Positions 6,499 through 14,410 of a stretch of 40,120 nucleotides of DNA are shown in pieces. A program made the position numbers and the translations under genes. How positions within the stretch are numbered: position 1 is the first letter of the stretch; each line of letters starts with the position of its first letter. The notes under the pieces were generated by a model. It saw nothing but the letters and a program-made list of their open reading frames with translations. It did not search any database and was not told the origin of the DNA. This DNA is from a virus (taxonomy: Duplodnaviria > Caudoviricetes), in the IMG/VR virus record IMGVR_UViG_3300047290_000212, positions 1 through 40,120 of that record, one strand, 5' to 3'.

Positions 6499-8772
6499 TT
6501 ACCAAGCCCTGCAGGACCAGTAGCGAGCTTTCCATCGCGGTCCTGGATTAGCGCAGTGATGGCGTGCCCGGAAACTCTTGCGTCGTTTGGGATTGGACTT
6601 CTTGATGCGCATCTTCTTGTCACCAAAGTTGACCTTGACCACATTGCCCTTGGGTCCTCGCACGTAGACCTTGCTCTTTTTCACATCACCTGCCATGGGC
6701 TTGCCCAAGGGCACTTCGCGACCTTGGTACTTGGCTTCCATGGTGTCTTCGTCGTTGTACTGTTCGGCGTCCAGTTGATCAGCATAGTCGTGATCGTTAT
6801 CTTCTGCATGGTCGCGCATGTCCAAGAACAGTTCGCCAAGGTCTTCTATAAAGTCTGGATCCACACCCTCGCTCTGGAGGAATTTTTCCACCGCGGCCAA
6901 GTATTCATCATCGTCGATATCACGGGGCAGATCAGTCTTGTCGTTGAAGTCGTAGTAAAGGTTGTCTATGGTGCGTTTGATTTCACCTTCTGTGATCGCG
7001 GGCGCCTTGGCACTCATACCGGCCAGTTCCTGGATGCGGGCCAGTTGCTCAAGGTCTTGATCAGTTGCGGGTTTGACCCCGCCGTGAAACTTTTTGATCC
7101 CCAGCAAACGATCCAACTTTGCTGTGTTTGTTTTGCTGAGACTACGACCTTCTGGTTCTGTATCCACGGGATCACTGCCACCGTAACGGCCAGGTTTGGC
7201 ATGATGCACACGCGTCTGTTCTGCCACACCTCGCGACATGTTATCGATAGGCTGCCTTATATCTGACTCTTGAAGACCATTTTTTTGTAGGATACCAAGT
7301 ATGCTATTTTTTGCAGTTACCAGTTCCCTCCAGTTATTTTCGTCTTTGGGATCGCTGTGTGGCATACGTGCCAATCGTTGCGTGATCACAGAAATCAATC
7401 TTTTGAGTTCTTGTGAATCTTCGTAGGATATTTTCAAATTGGGCACACGACGAATTTCATAGCCCATGAACGCTTCTGCCATATCTTGCTCTTTGATCTT
7501 GGCCATGAGTATGCCACTGGGACTTTCGTGATCACCGCGATTGGCTTTCTTGTAAACTTTTTTGCCTGTGTTGGGACTTACATAGTAGTCACCGTTTTTG
7601 TCTTTGCCGATTACCTTGATTTTGTATCGGGCATCGCCGAAGCCTTCCGCCACACCTTGCTTAACAAAACCAATGCCACCACAAGCACCACACTTATAAC
7701 GCTTGGCACCTTGCTCGTTTCCTGGTACAACTTTTCCATCTGCTGTTTTCCAAACAGTACCACGACCATGGCATCTCTTGCAACCAGTGTTGGGATTCTT
7801 AATAGTTGCTCCGGGCATATGATCTACATCGTACGGGAAGCCTTCCGCCACACCTTGACCGTCCTGCGTCCGCAACATGCGTTCTACCTGTTTGACCCAG
7901 GCGCTGATGTCACTACTGCCAATCTCTTCGACATCGCCCACCCACTCGGCCACTTGGTCTATGGCTGCCATTACAGCCTCGGGGCCGTATTGCAGTAGGT
8001 CATGCCGTTGATTGAGTATGCGCCGGGTGATGGCCGAGGCCACTGGGCTGTCTACCCGCTGCTCGCCTAGAGCTGATTCTTCAAACTCTTCGGCGCTGGG
8101 CGGGCTCACTTCACGGCGGTAGGGATCTGAGTTTTCTTGCGTGTAAACCTTAAGATCAAATATCTCTGACTTGAGTTTTTCTATTTGTTGGGGATTGGTT
8201 ACTTTAACTGGATAGGTTTTTCCGTTCCATTCAAAACTTTTAGCACCTTGTTCAGCTGCTGCTAGGTGTGCCTTGGCAAATTCCAGGGCTTGTTCCTTTG
8301 AGCCAAATACCTTCCTTGCCAGCCATTCTAGAGCCTTGATTGTGAGTTTTCCACCTAACCAAAGTGCAGCGCCAGCAACCAGACCAGCTCCCAGTGCAGG
8401 GAGGAACAGTGCTGTACTACCGCCACCGGTGGCCAATGCCGTTCCCGCAGCAGCACCTCCTGCACCACCAATTGATCCTACCATAGAAGTCATACCTACT
8501 TCAGCATCACTAGCGCCTTTTCTCACGCTGCGAAGACCTTTTGCGATGGGGTTGTCTGGGCGCAATAGCGCCTCATCCAGCATGCCGTAACTCTCCAAGA
8601 TCTGGATCATCTTGTCATCTGCGGCCAAGACCACACCATCTTCTGTGACGTCTACGATGTGTGATTCTACCAGGCATTCCTCGCGGATGTTGATCCCAAA
8701 GTCATCGCCCACTGCGGGTGCGCTGATCCAGGCCTCGCTTTCTTTGATGTAATCTTGTAGCTTGCGTGTCAT
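6499..8772 (-). CDS. Modular putative capsid-internal polyprotein
   Basis: Start MTRKLQDYIKE (ATG 8772); repeated QGVAEG/QDMAE/RGVAE junctions; glycine-zipper segment; CxxCxGxG pair; basic C-terminal KSFRARHHC...ARYWSCRAW domain. Confidence 0.75.
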   Translation of the reverse strand: MTRKLQDYIKESEAWISAPAVGDDFGINIREECLVESHIVDVTEDGVVLAADDKMIQILESYGMLDEALLRPDNPIAKGLRSVRKGASDAEVGMTSMVGSIGGAGGAAAGTALATGGGSTALFLPALGAGLVAGAALWLGGKLTIKALEWLARKVFGSKEQALEFAKAHLAAAEQGAKSFEWNGKTYPVKVTNPQQIEKLKSEIFDLKVYTQENSDPYRREVSPPSAEEFEESALGEQRVDSPVASAITRRILNQRHDLLQYGPEAVMAAIDQVAEWVGDVEEIGSSDISAWVKQVERMLRTQDGQGVAEGFPYDVDHMPGATIKNPNTGCKRCHGRGTVWKTADGKVVPGNEQGAKRYKCGACGGIGFVKQGVAEGFGDARYKIKVIGKDKNGDYYVSPNTGKKVYKKANRGDHESPSGILMAKIKEQDMAEAFMGYEIRRVPNLKISYEDSQELKRLISVITQRLARMPHSDPKDENNWRELVTAKNSILGILQKNGLQESDIRQPIDNMSRGVAEQTRVHHAKPGRYGGSDPVDTEPEGRSLSKTNTAKLDRLLGIKKFHGGVKPATDQDLEQLARIQELAGMSAKAPAITEGEIKRTIDNLYYDFNDKTDLPRDIDDDEYLAAVEKFLQSEGVDPDFIEDLGELFLDMRDHAEDNDHDYADQLDAEQYNDEDTMEAKYQGREVPLGKPMAGDVKKSKVYVRGPKGNVVKVNFGDKKMRIKKSNPKRRKSFRARHHCANPGPRWKARYWSCRAW
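7639..7857. repeat. Exact 21-bp direct repeat GAAGCCTTCCGCCACACCTTG (7639-7659 and 7837-7857)
   Basis: Read directly; encodes QGVAEGF on the minus strand; 198-bp spacing preserves frame. Confidence 0.92.
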
Positions 8773-8776
8773 ATGT

Positions 8777-9646
8777 TTATCCAAAAAGTTTTTTGAGTGT
8801 GTTGGGGCCGGCCACACCATCCGCAGTCAATCCATGCGCGGTCTGCCATTGGCGCAGGGCCGCATCAGTACCGGGACCAAAATGTCCATCGGCCGTGAGA
8901 CCCAGGCATTCCTGCAGACGTTGTACCCACTCGGTATGCGGACTACCTTGGCGCAGTGTGGGCCAATTGGCTGTTTCGTTGTTGGCTGGTTGGGTAGCAG
9001 CAACCGCGATCTGACCTCCCAGGACCTGGAGATTATGCTCGGTATGTGCCCGGCGTTCTTCCAGGCCCAGCGTACCACCATTGATGACCTTGGTGATGCG
9101 CGTGACATCGTTTTGATCGGCCAAGGCATTGAGGTTATGCTTCCACCAAAACCAAGCGGCGCTTTCTACAGCACCCTGCAGGGTCTCTAGGTAATCCACG
9201 GCCTGGTCCAGGCTGTATTGGATGCTTTCAGCGAACGCGGTATAGTTGGCCTTGCCGGTAAGCTGGATAGCACCACGACCACGATAACGGAAACCTTCAC
9301 CCGATGTTTCGTCACCGTTGCCCATGCGACTGCTGTAGACCTTGTTGGCTATGGCTTCGGGTTTGCGATTATAGGGCTGTGCGCTTTCCACAGTGGGGAA
9401 ACGACTGGGCCATACTTTGTGTAGCTGCTCGGCCGAGTAGTTGAGATTCTCTTTTAGAGCAGTAAAATCCACGCTTTCGTGACCGCACTGGGCCAGGAAG
9501 TGTGCCACGCGCTCCGCGGTGTTGATCTCGTAGCGCGGCAGCACGGCTTCCAGTGCATCATACAGAGCTGCTGCGTTCTTGTTGCGTTTCGCGCATTGTG
9601 CTAGTTTATCCGCATCAAACTCAAATTGCCATCCCACTGTCGACAT
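8777..9646 (-). CDS. Glycoside hydrolase family 19 lysin with C-terminal peptidoglycan-binding domain
   Basis: RVAHFLAQCGHES, ENLNYS, YRGRGAIQLTGKANY, INGG; PG_binding_1-like LQECLGLTADGHFGPGT...LTADGVAGPNT. Confidence 0.92.
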   Translation of the reverse strand: MSTVGWQFEFDADKLAQCAKRNKNAAALYDALEAVLPRYEINTAERVAHFLAQCGHESVDFTALKENLNYSAEQLHKVWPSRFPTVESAQPYNRKPEAIANKVYSSRMGNGDETSGEGFRYRGRGAIQLTGKANYTAFAESIQYSLDQAVDYLETLQGAVESAAWFWWKHNLNALADQNDVTRITKVINGGTLGLEERRAHTEHNLQVLGGQIAVAATQPANNETANWPTLRQGSPHTEWVQRLQECLGLTADGHFGPGTDAALRQWQTAHGLTADGVAGPNTLKKLFG

Positions 9647-9652
9647 CGTGTG

Positions 9653-11701
9653 TTATCCTTTGTATTCTTGCCAGAGACGACGCATGTTCAGGATGCTCTC
9701 TTCGACTTTTTCGTCATCTTGTTTTTCTTTGTTCTGGGCAGCTTTCTTCTTGATATCCAGAAAGTCGGGTTTGGCTTCTTTGATTCCTGCTAGATCCCGC
9801 ATGCGCTGGATACTTTCATCCATGTCTTTGTCGCACTCGCATGAGCCCTCATACATACCGCATTCCATGCACTTGGCTTCTGCCATGTGCTGCGACTCGT
9901 CCACGCCCAATACATCTTGCAATTTTTGTGCCAGGAATTCATGGGGATCATCGTCGCCGCGGATATCACCACGCTGGAAGTAGTAGTCATAGAGCGCATC
10001 ACGTAGCCCACTATCCATGGCACCCGACTGTTTGAAGTCAGCCACGGCCTGGGGGTAACGATCAATGATCTGATCTAGATTGGAAGCAGGTGCTTCTCGG
10101 ACCTGCACCGCGGTCACGGGCACAGTGGTCTGACCATCACCGGCCACTGTGGTCTTGGGCTTGTTGAGACCACCCGAGTATTGCAGCGCGTCATCCGAGG
10201 TCTCGGTATTAGTGGGCCAGTCGGGCTGGTTTTCGTCCACCTGTTCAGCACAACCACAGGGCTCTTGGCCGCAGGTGGGGCAAGCATGCTGGCCTTGTTG
10301 TTCCATGCCAGTGCCTATGCCAGCAGCCCGCAACATTTGAGCCAGTTTGGCCGCATCGTCGTCGGTAGCGGACACGCTGACACTGGGTGAACCTTCTGTG
10401 CTGGTACTGATGTTGATGCTCATGCTTTCAGCTATCATGGCTTCTAGATCACGATTCATGCTGTCGTAGATGCCTTTGCCAAACTGCATGCCCTTGCTTT
10501 TCTTGGGTGCACTAGCTGGCGCAGTGGCCACTGAACCTGAAGTGGTGGTTTCTTCCACTTCCTCTTTGCCTTTCTTTTGGGGCAGATCTTTTTCCTTGGT
10601 AGCTGCAAATTTGTGCAGTTCCTTCTTGCTCATCTTGGCCATCTCTTTGGACGCACCACGCAGCTTGCTCTTGGGAATCTCACCTTTTTGGGCGGCATGC
10701 GCGATACCAGCAGCGCGGCGCTGGGCCACGCTCACGGCTTTTTCGTCAAGCTCAACTTCCATACCCTGCTCGCCTGCTCGCTCGTGCTGAGTCTGCATGT
10801 AGTCGCTTACCGCAGAGATCATGCCCTTGGCCTTGGTCAGCTTGGCTTGGACCCATTCTGGTAGATCTTCGCTATCGCCTAGTATTTTTTCTAGGGCACG
10901 AGCATCGCGCACCAGGGTGTGGATATCATCTTTGGCAGCATCGCCTTCCATGCCATACTCGCCCTGGTCTTGAATATCAATATCGTCTTCGCGGATAGCG
11001 CCTTTTTGTAGTAGTTTGCTCTTGCCCGGGATCTTCATACCGATCTTTTTGCCTTTGCCGGCACCCACTGCCTTGCGACCGAGTTTTTTGGGTGTAGCAT
11101 CTTGATCTTCATCATCCTGATCAAACTCTTCGGGCTGGGCACCATAGGCGCGGCCTTTGACCTGGCGCACTGGCAGGTCGGCCAGCTTGACTTCGTCTAC
11201 AGGTCCTTTGCGTTTGTCGGCTGTTTTCTTCTTGACCAGTTGCAGCACGCCCTTAGCATCACGTTTTGCGGTTTCTTTGCCGCCTGTGGCCTTTTCGATG
11301 CCTTTGACCAGATCTCGTGTCATGTCGCGACCTGCACCAGCTTCCTTGACACCTTTGGCTTGGCGTGCGGCCTGGCGCATGGGTTCGGTCTTGTTGCCGT
11401 CTTTGTCAAGATCCAGGAAATCAGGTTTGGCTGCTTCGCCCACACCTTTGCGCAGCTTGGCCAACACAGCGCCGGCCACTTTCTCACCGCGCTCTTTTGA
11501 GCCATAACGCTCGGCAGCACCTCGGGCGATCTTGGCAAAGGCCTTGCCAGGCCGGCCGATGTCTTTGCCGGCACGTGCCTTTTTGGCCGAGTAGTCGCCA
11601 GTCGAGCCTTCGGCCACAGCAGGCTGGGCTCCTTCGTTCAGCTGTTCTGGCGCTTTGGCCAGTTCGGCCAACTTTTTGTTCATGTCGTAAAAAAATGTCA
11701 T
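9653..11701 (-). CDS. Modular putative capsid-internal/core polyprotein
   Basis: 682 aa, highly charged; many [VIL]xE junctions; EF-hand-like PDFLDLDKDGN; DUF3008-like KAVSVAQRRAAGIA...GASKEMAKM...FAATK; LPEWVQAKLTKA module; Cys clusters. Confidence 0.75.
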   Translation of the reverse strand: MTFFYDMNKKLAELAKAPEQLNEGAQPAVAEGSTGDYSAKKARAGKDIGRPGKAFAKIARGAAERYGSKERGEKVAGAVLAKLRKGVGEAAKPDFLDLDKDGNKTEPMRQAARQAKGVKEAGAGRDMTRDLVKGIEKATGGKETAKRDAKGVLQLVKKKTADKRKGPVDEVKLADLPVRQVKGRAYGAQPEEFDQDDEDQDATPKKLGRKAVGAGKGKKIGMKIPGKSKLLQKGAIREDDIDIQDQGEYGMEGDAAKDDIHTLVRDARALEKILGDSEDLPEWVQAKLTKAKGMISAVSDYMQTQHERAGEQGMEVELDEKAVSVAQRRAAGIAHAAQKGEIPKSKLRGASKEMAKMSKKELHKFAATKEKDLPQKKGKEEVEETTTSGSVATAPASAPKKSKGMQFGKGIYDSMNRDLEAMIAESMSINISTSTEGSPSVSVSATDDDAAKLAQMLRAAGIGTGMEQQGQHACPTCGQEPCGCAEQVDENQPDWPTNTETSDDALQYSGGLNKPKTTVAGDGQTTVPVTAVQVREAPASNLDQIIDRYPQAVADFKQSGAMDSGLRDALYDYYFQRGDIRGDDDPHEFLAQKLQDVLGVDESQHMAEAKCMECGMYEGSCECDKDMDESIQRMRDLAGIKEAKPDFLDIKKKAAQNKEKQDDEKVEESILNMRRLWQEYKG

Positions 11702-11705
11702 TGTG

Positions 11706-12314
11706 TTATCCTCTGGGCTGGGCGCCGGTGGCCGGCTTGGGTGGACGCTTGACCTTGGTCATAGGGCTTTTATCTCCCATGGGCAAGTCATTGGTGGTCT
11801 TAGCGGGCGGCGTCCGGCCCCCAGCCACAGTAAAGTCACTGCTATAGGCATTTTTGAGAACCACGTGATCATGCGGTTCTGCGCTGTAGTCTTTCTTGAG
11901 AGCACGCTGTTCGGCGGTGTCCGCGGGATAGTCCGTGTCCTTCAAAAGATCCTTGTTGTCTGCTTTGATCTGCTCATACTCATCCACCATGCTGTCGGCA
12001 TAGTCCCGAGCCTGCATGCACACGCGATTGGGATCTAGACCAGCCAATTGAGCCAGCTGTTTGATCTGGGGTTCGATCGCAGGATAGCGAAGGCTCACAT
12101 CGATCATATTGACCCTCTCATTGCGATGATTGGGAAAGTCGGTGGGTATGGCCTGCACTGGGGTAGTGCGCATGTCTCCGATGCGTACTGGGTCAAACTG
12201 GTCCAATTTGACCTTGATCTGTTTCATAGCGTCTGCGGGTAGATCACCGCAGATCTTTATGCGGTAATCATAGGTGCGTTCGCTTTCAGCTAGGTATTTG
12301 ACGAATGATTTCAT
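11706..12314 (-). CDS. Hypothetical protein, putative head-associated (MKSFVKYLAE N-terminus)
   Basis: 202-aa ORF; TAAATA and GAGG upstream. Confidence 0.7.
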   Translation of the reverse strand: MKSFVKYLAESERTYDYRIKICGDLPADAMKQIKVKLDQFDPVRIGDMRTTPVQAIPTDFPNHRNERVNMIDVSLRYPAIEPQIKQLAQLAGLDPNRVCMQARDYADSMVDEYEQIKADNKDLLKDTDYPADTAEQRALKKDYSAEPHDHVVLKNAYSSDFTVAGGRTPPAKTTNDLPMGDKSPMTKVKRPPKPATGAQPRG

Positions 12315-12337
12315 AGTGAATGCCCTCGATATATTTA

Positions 12338-12826
12338 TCAGTGATTGGTTTTTTGGTCGCCGCCCTGCAGTATATGCGCCAATAGTTCGTTGCGGCTCAG
12401 CGTGACTCCAGTGCCAGTTTGGGGCTGTGGAGCTTCAGCGTTGGTCTGATCCAAACGTGCCTTTTTCAACTGTAGATCCACCATGCGCAGCTTCTTGTTG
12501 AGCTTGGCTGTTTTGGCTGTGATCGCGTGTCCCAGCATGTTGGACGCTACTCCAAAGATCTCGCTGCTGAATCTAGCATCCACGTTCATGCCCAGTTCGA
12601 TCAGCTCTTGGTAGCTTTTGACTGCCATCTGGGCCAGATCGTCCATCTCGCTGTCACTGGATTCCAGGCCCTGTACTCCGGGCAGCGCAGCATCTATCTT
12701 GTCTATGGTAGCGTCCAGTTGGGCCAGTGTTTCTTGGCTGGGCAAGGGTGCGGATTCAGGATGATCCCTTGGCTCGGTGGTCTCCTGGGCAGGCAGATTG
12801 AAAAGATCTTCCAGTTTCTTGGTCAT
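12338..12826 (-). CDS. Probable terminase small subunit
   Basis: Helical protein MTKKLEDLFNL...ARFSSEIFGVASNML..., ending SRNELLAHI; size and helical pattern like gp16; next to the gp4-like gene; ATG 12826. Confidence 0.5.
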   Translation of the reverse strand: MTKKLEDLFNLPAQETTEPRDHPESAPLPSQETLAQLDATIDKIDAALPGVQGLESSDSEMDDLAQMAVKSYQELIELGMNVDARFSSEIFGVASNMLGHAITAKTAKLNKKLRMVDLQLKKARLDQTNAEAPQPQTGTGVTLSRNELLAHILQGGDQKTNH

Positions 12827-13560
12827 GCGGTATTTATTGGTGCAAACCACTCTCGGTGTAAGAGAGGATACTTGACTGCCTCCCAACTAATACCTAGCTT
12901 CAATGCTATTTGTCTACGGTTCAGTCCCGAGTCATACAGAGCAAATATTTGTTCTGCTCGTGCACGATTCTTTTTGACATAGGATTCTTGACGTCTCTGG
13001 CGGTGTTTAGCTGTCCACTTTTTCCCTTGGCTCTTTGCTGCATTTTTGAGACAGTTCTCAAGTCTTGAAGCTACGGCTTTTTCCGTCCAAGTTTTGGTTT
13101 GTTGAAACTGTCTTATCTTTTCTCGGCGTTGCTGTTCTTGCACACAATTAGGATCTTGAGTTTTAGCAAAGTGTTTAAGTTTTTCGCTGTGTTGTTGCCT
13201 ACGGTCGGCAGTCCACCAGGCCAAGTGGGCCTTTCTTCCACATCGTCTGGCATATTCATATTGATAAGAGTTTAGTGAATATCTTCCTTCCCCTATGTTT
13301 TGAATCCATGCCATTGCTGTAAAAGCATAGAGCATCTTATAACGGTTATGATGATTGGCACACATCTTAGTCAGCAACAAATGGCAGACAAAATGCTCTC
13401 GAGCGGTCAGACGAACCAAATTTGTGCGATCGTTACTACCGCCTAGGCTCTTTGGCAGGATATGATGTTTTTCGGTGTACTCTGTTGTTACGCGAGACTG
13501 GGCCCGATGGATAATGTTATAATACCACCGAGTGTATTTGTTGCAAAGATAAGTATTCAC
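12823..13560 (-). CDS. Free-standing HNH homing endonuclease with C-terminal HTH
   Basis: YTEKHHILPKSLGGSNDRTNLVRLTAREHFVCHLLL; C-terminal GLNRRQIALKLGISWEAVKY HTH; GTG 13560 with GGGAG RBS. Confidence 0.88.
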   Translation of the reverse strand: MNTYLCNKYTRWYYNIIHRAQSRVTTEYTEKHHILPKSLGGSNDRTNLVRLTAREHFVCHLLLTKMCANHHNRYKMLYAFTAMAWIQNIGEGRYSLNSYQYEYARRCGRKAHLAWWTADRRQQHSEKLKHFAKTQDPNCVQEQQRREKIRQFQQTKTWTEKAVASRLENCLKNAAKSQGKKWTAKHRQRRQESYVKKNRARAEQIFALYDSGLNRRQIALKLGISWEAVKYPLLHREWFAPINTA

Positions 13561-13626
13561 GCTGACACTCCCTTTCAGTGTTAGAGCAGTTGGGCATTGG
13601 CGTGCCGCGAACTGCACTTTTATTTA
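13561..13626 (-). promoter_or_regulatory. Late promoter plus structured leader of the HNH gene (two hairpins, the second covering the RBS)
   Basis: Minus strand: TAAATA aaagt GCAGTT cgc GGCA cgccaa TGCC c AACTGC tcta ACACT gaaaggg AGTGT cagc GTG. Confidence 0.6.
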
Positions 13627-14048
13627 CCTTGATGAAACATGTCAAATTCTGTAAGAACCCTAAAGCTCAAACCCGCACGCTTGCACCACTTTTGGGCCGC
13701 GGCCCATTTGGCATAGTTGATGGCCACTACCGCACGGTCCCGGCTGTTCATCTTGCTTTCTACCACGCTTTGTTTTTTGGGTTTGATTTCGATTATCTCG
13801 GCATGTAGCTTGTTGCTGCGATCTCGGTACCGTATGAAAAAATCCGGCACATAGTTGGTAGTCTTGCCCGTGAGCGGATGGCGATAGGGTATGCTGATGC
13901 ATTCACTGGCCCATTCCAACACCGCGTCGTTGTTGTCGCAGAAGGTCATAAAGCTCAGTTCCCAACCGCTGCGATATCTGGGTCTGTTCTTGCCCACGTA
14001 CTTGGCAGGGTTTTTGATCACATACTCACCCTGCGCCCAGCGTCTCAT
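13620..14048 (-). CDS. Head completion nuclease (T4 gp4-like, TnsA-type PD-(D/E)xK)
   Basis: YRSGWE, WASE, IPY, YVPDF, IEIKP, KWAAA motifs. Confidence 0.88.
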   Translation of the reverse strand: MRRWAQGEYVIKNPAKYVGKNRPRYRSGWELSFMTFCDNNDAVLEWASECISIPYRHPLTGKTTNYVPDFFIRYRDRSNKLHAEIIEIKPKKQSVVESKMNSRDRAVVAINYAKWAAAQKWCKRAGLSFRVLTEFDMFHQGK

Positions 14049-14410
14049 TGCAGCACGTTCCTCTGGGCGTAGCGGTTGGGAGTGGGTGTCACGCTCACAC
14101 CCAGTTGGGTAGCGATGCTGCGGATCTGATTGAGATAGTAGGCCAATTGGGCGTTGAGATTGACGCCATTGGTGCCTTCAAAAGATTTCAGCAGGGTCAA
14201 GGCAGGCGTGTTGGTTTCTTGGGCTATGCGAAACAGGGCCACGGTAAAATTGCCCGCGGCCAGTCTGCTGCTCATGGTCTTGAGAAAGTAACTGTGTACC
14301 ACGTCATATTCAGCGGCAGGCACGTCAGCTTCATAGCGATAAAAATTATCGTAGACCCTGACCGTGAGGTCTTTGTTGAGATTGGTAGCGTTTACTGATC
14401 CGGTTGTCAT
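14045..14410 (-). CDS. Hypothetical protein
   Basis: ATG 14410 with ATGA overlaps at both ends. Confidence 0.7.
   Translation of the reverse strand: MTTGSVNATNLNKDLTVRVYDNFYRYEADVPAAEYDVVHSYFLKTMSSRLAAGNFTVALFRIAQETNTPALTLLKSFEGTNGVNLNAQLAYYLNQIRSIATQLGVSVTPTPNRYAQRNVLQ

Noticed and set aside
7660-7836. DnaJ chaperone gene
   Set aside because: Only two CxxCxGxG repeats are present, with no J-domain or HPD motif; treated as a module of the polyprotein.
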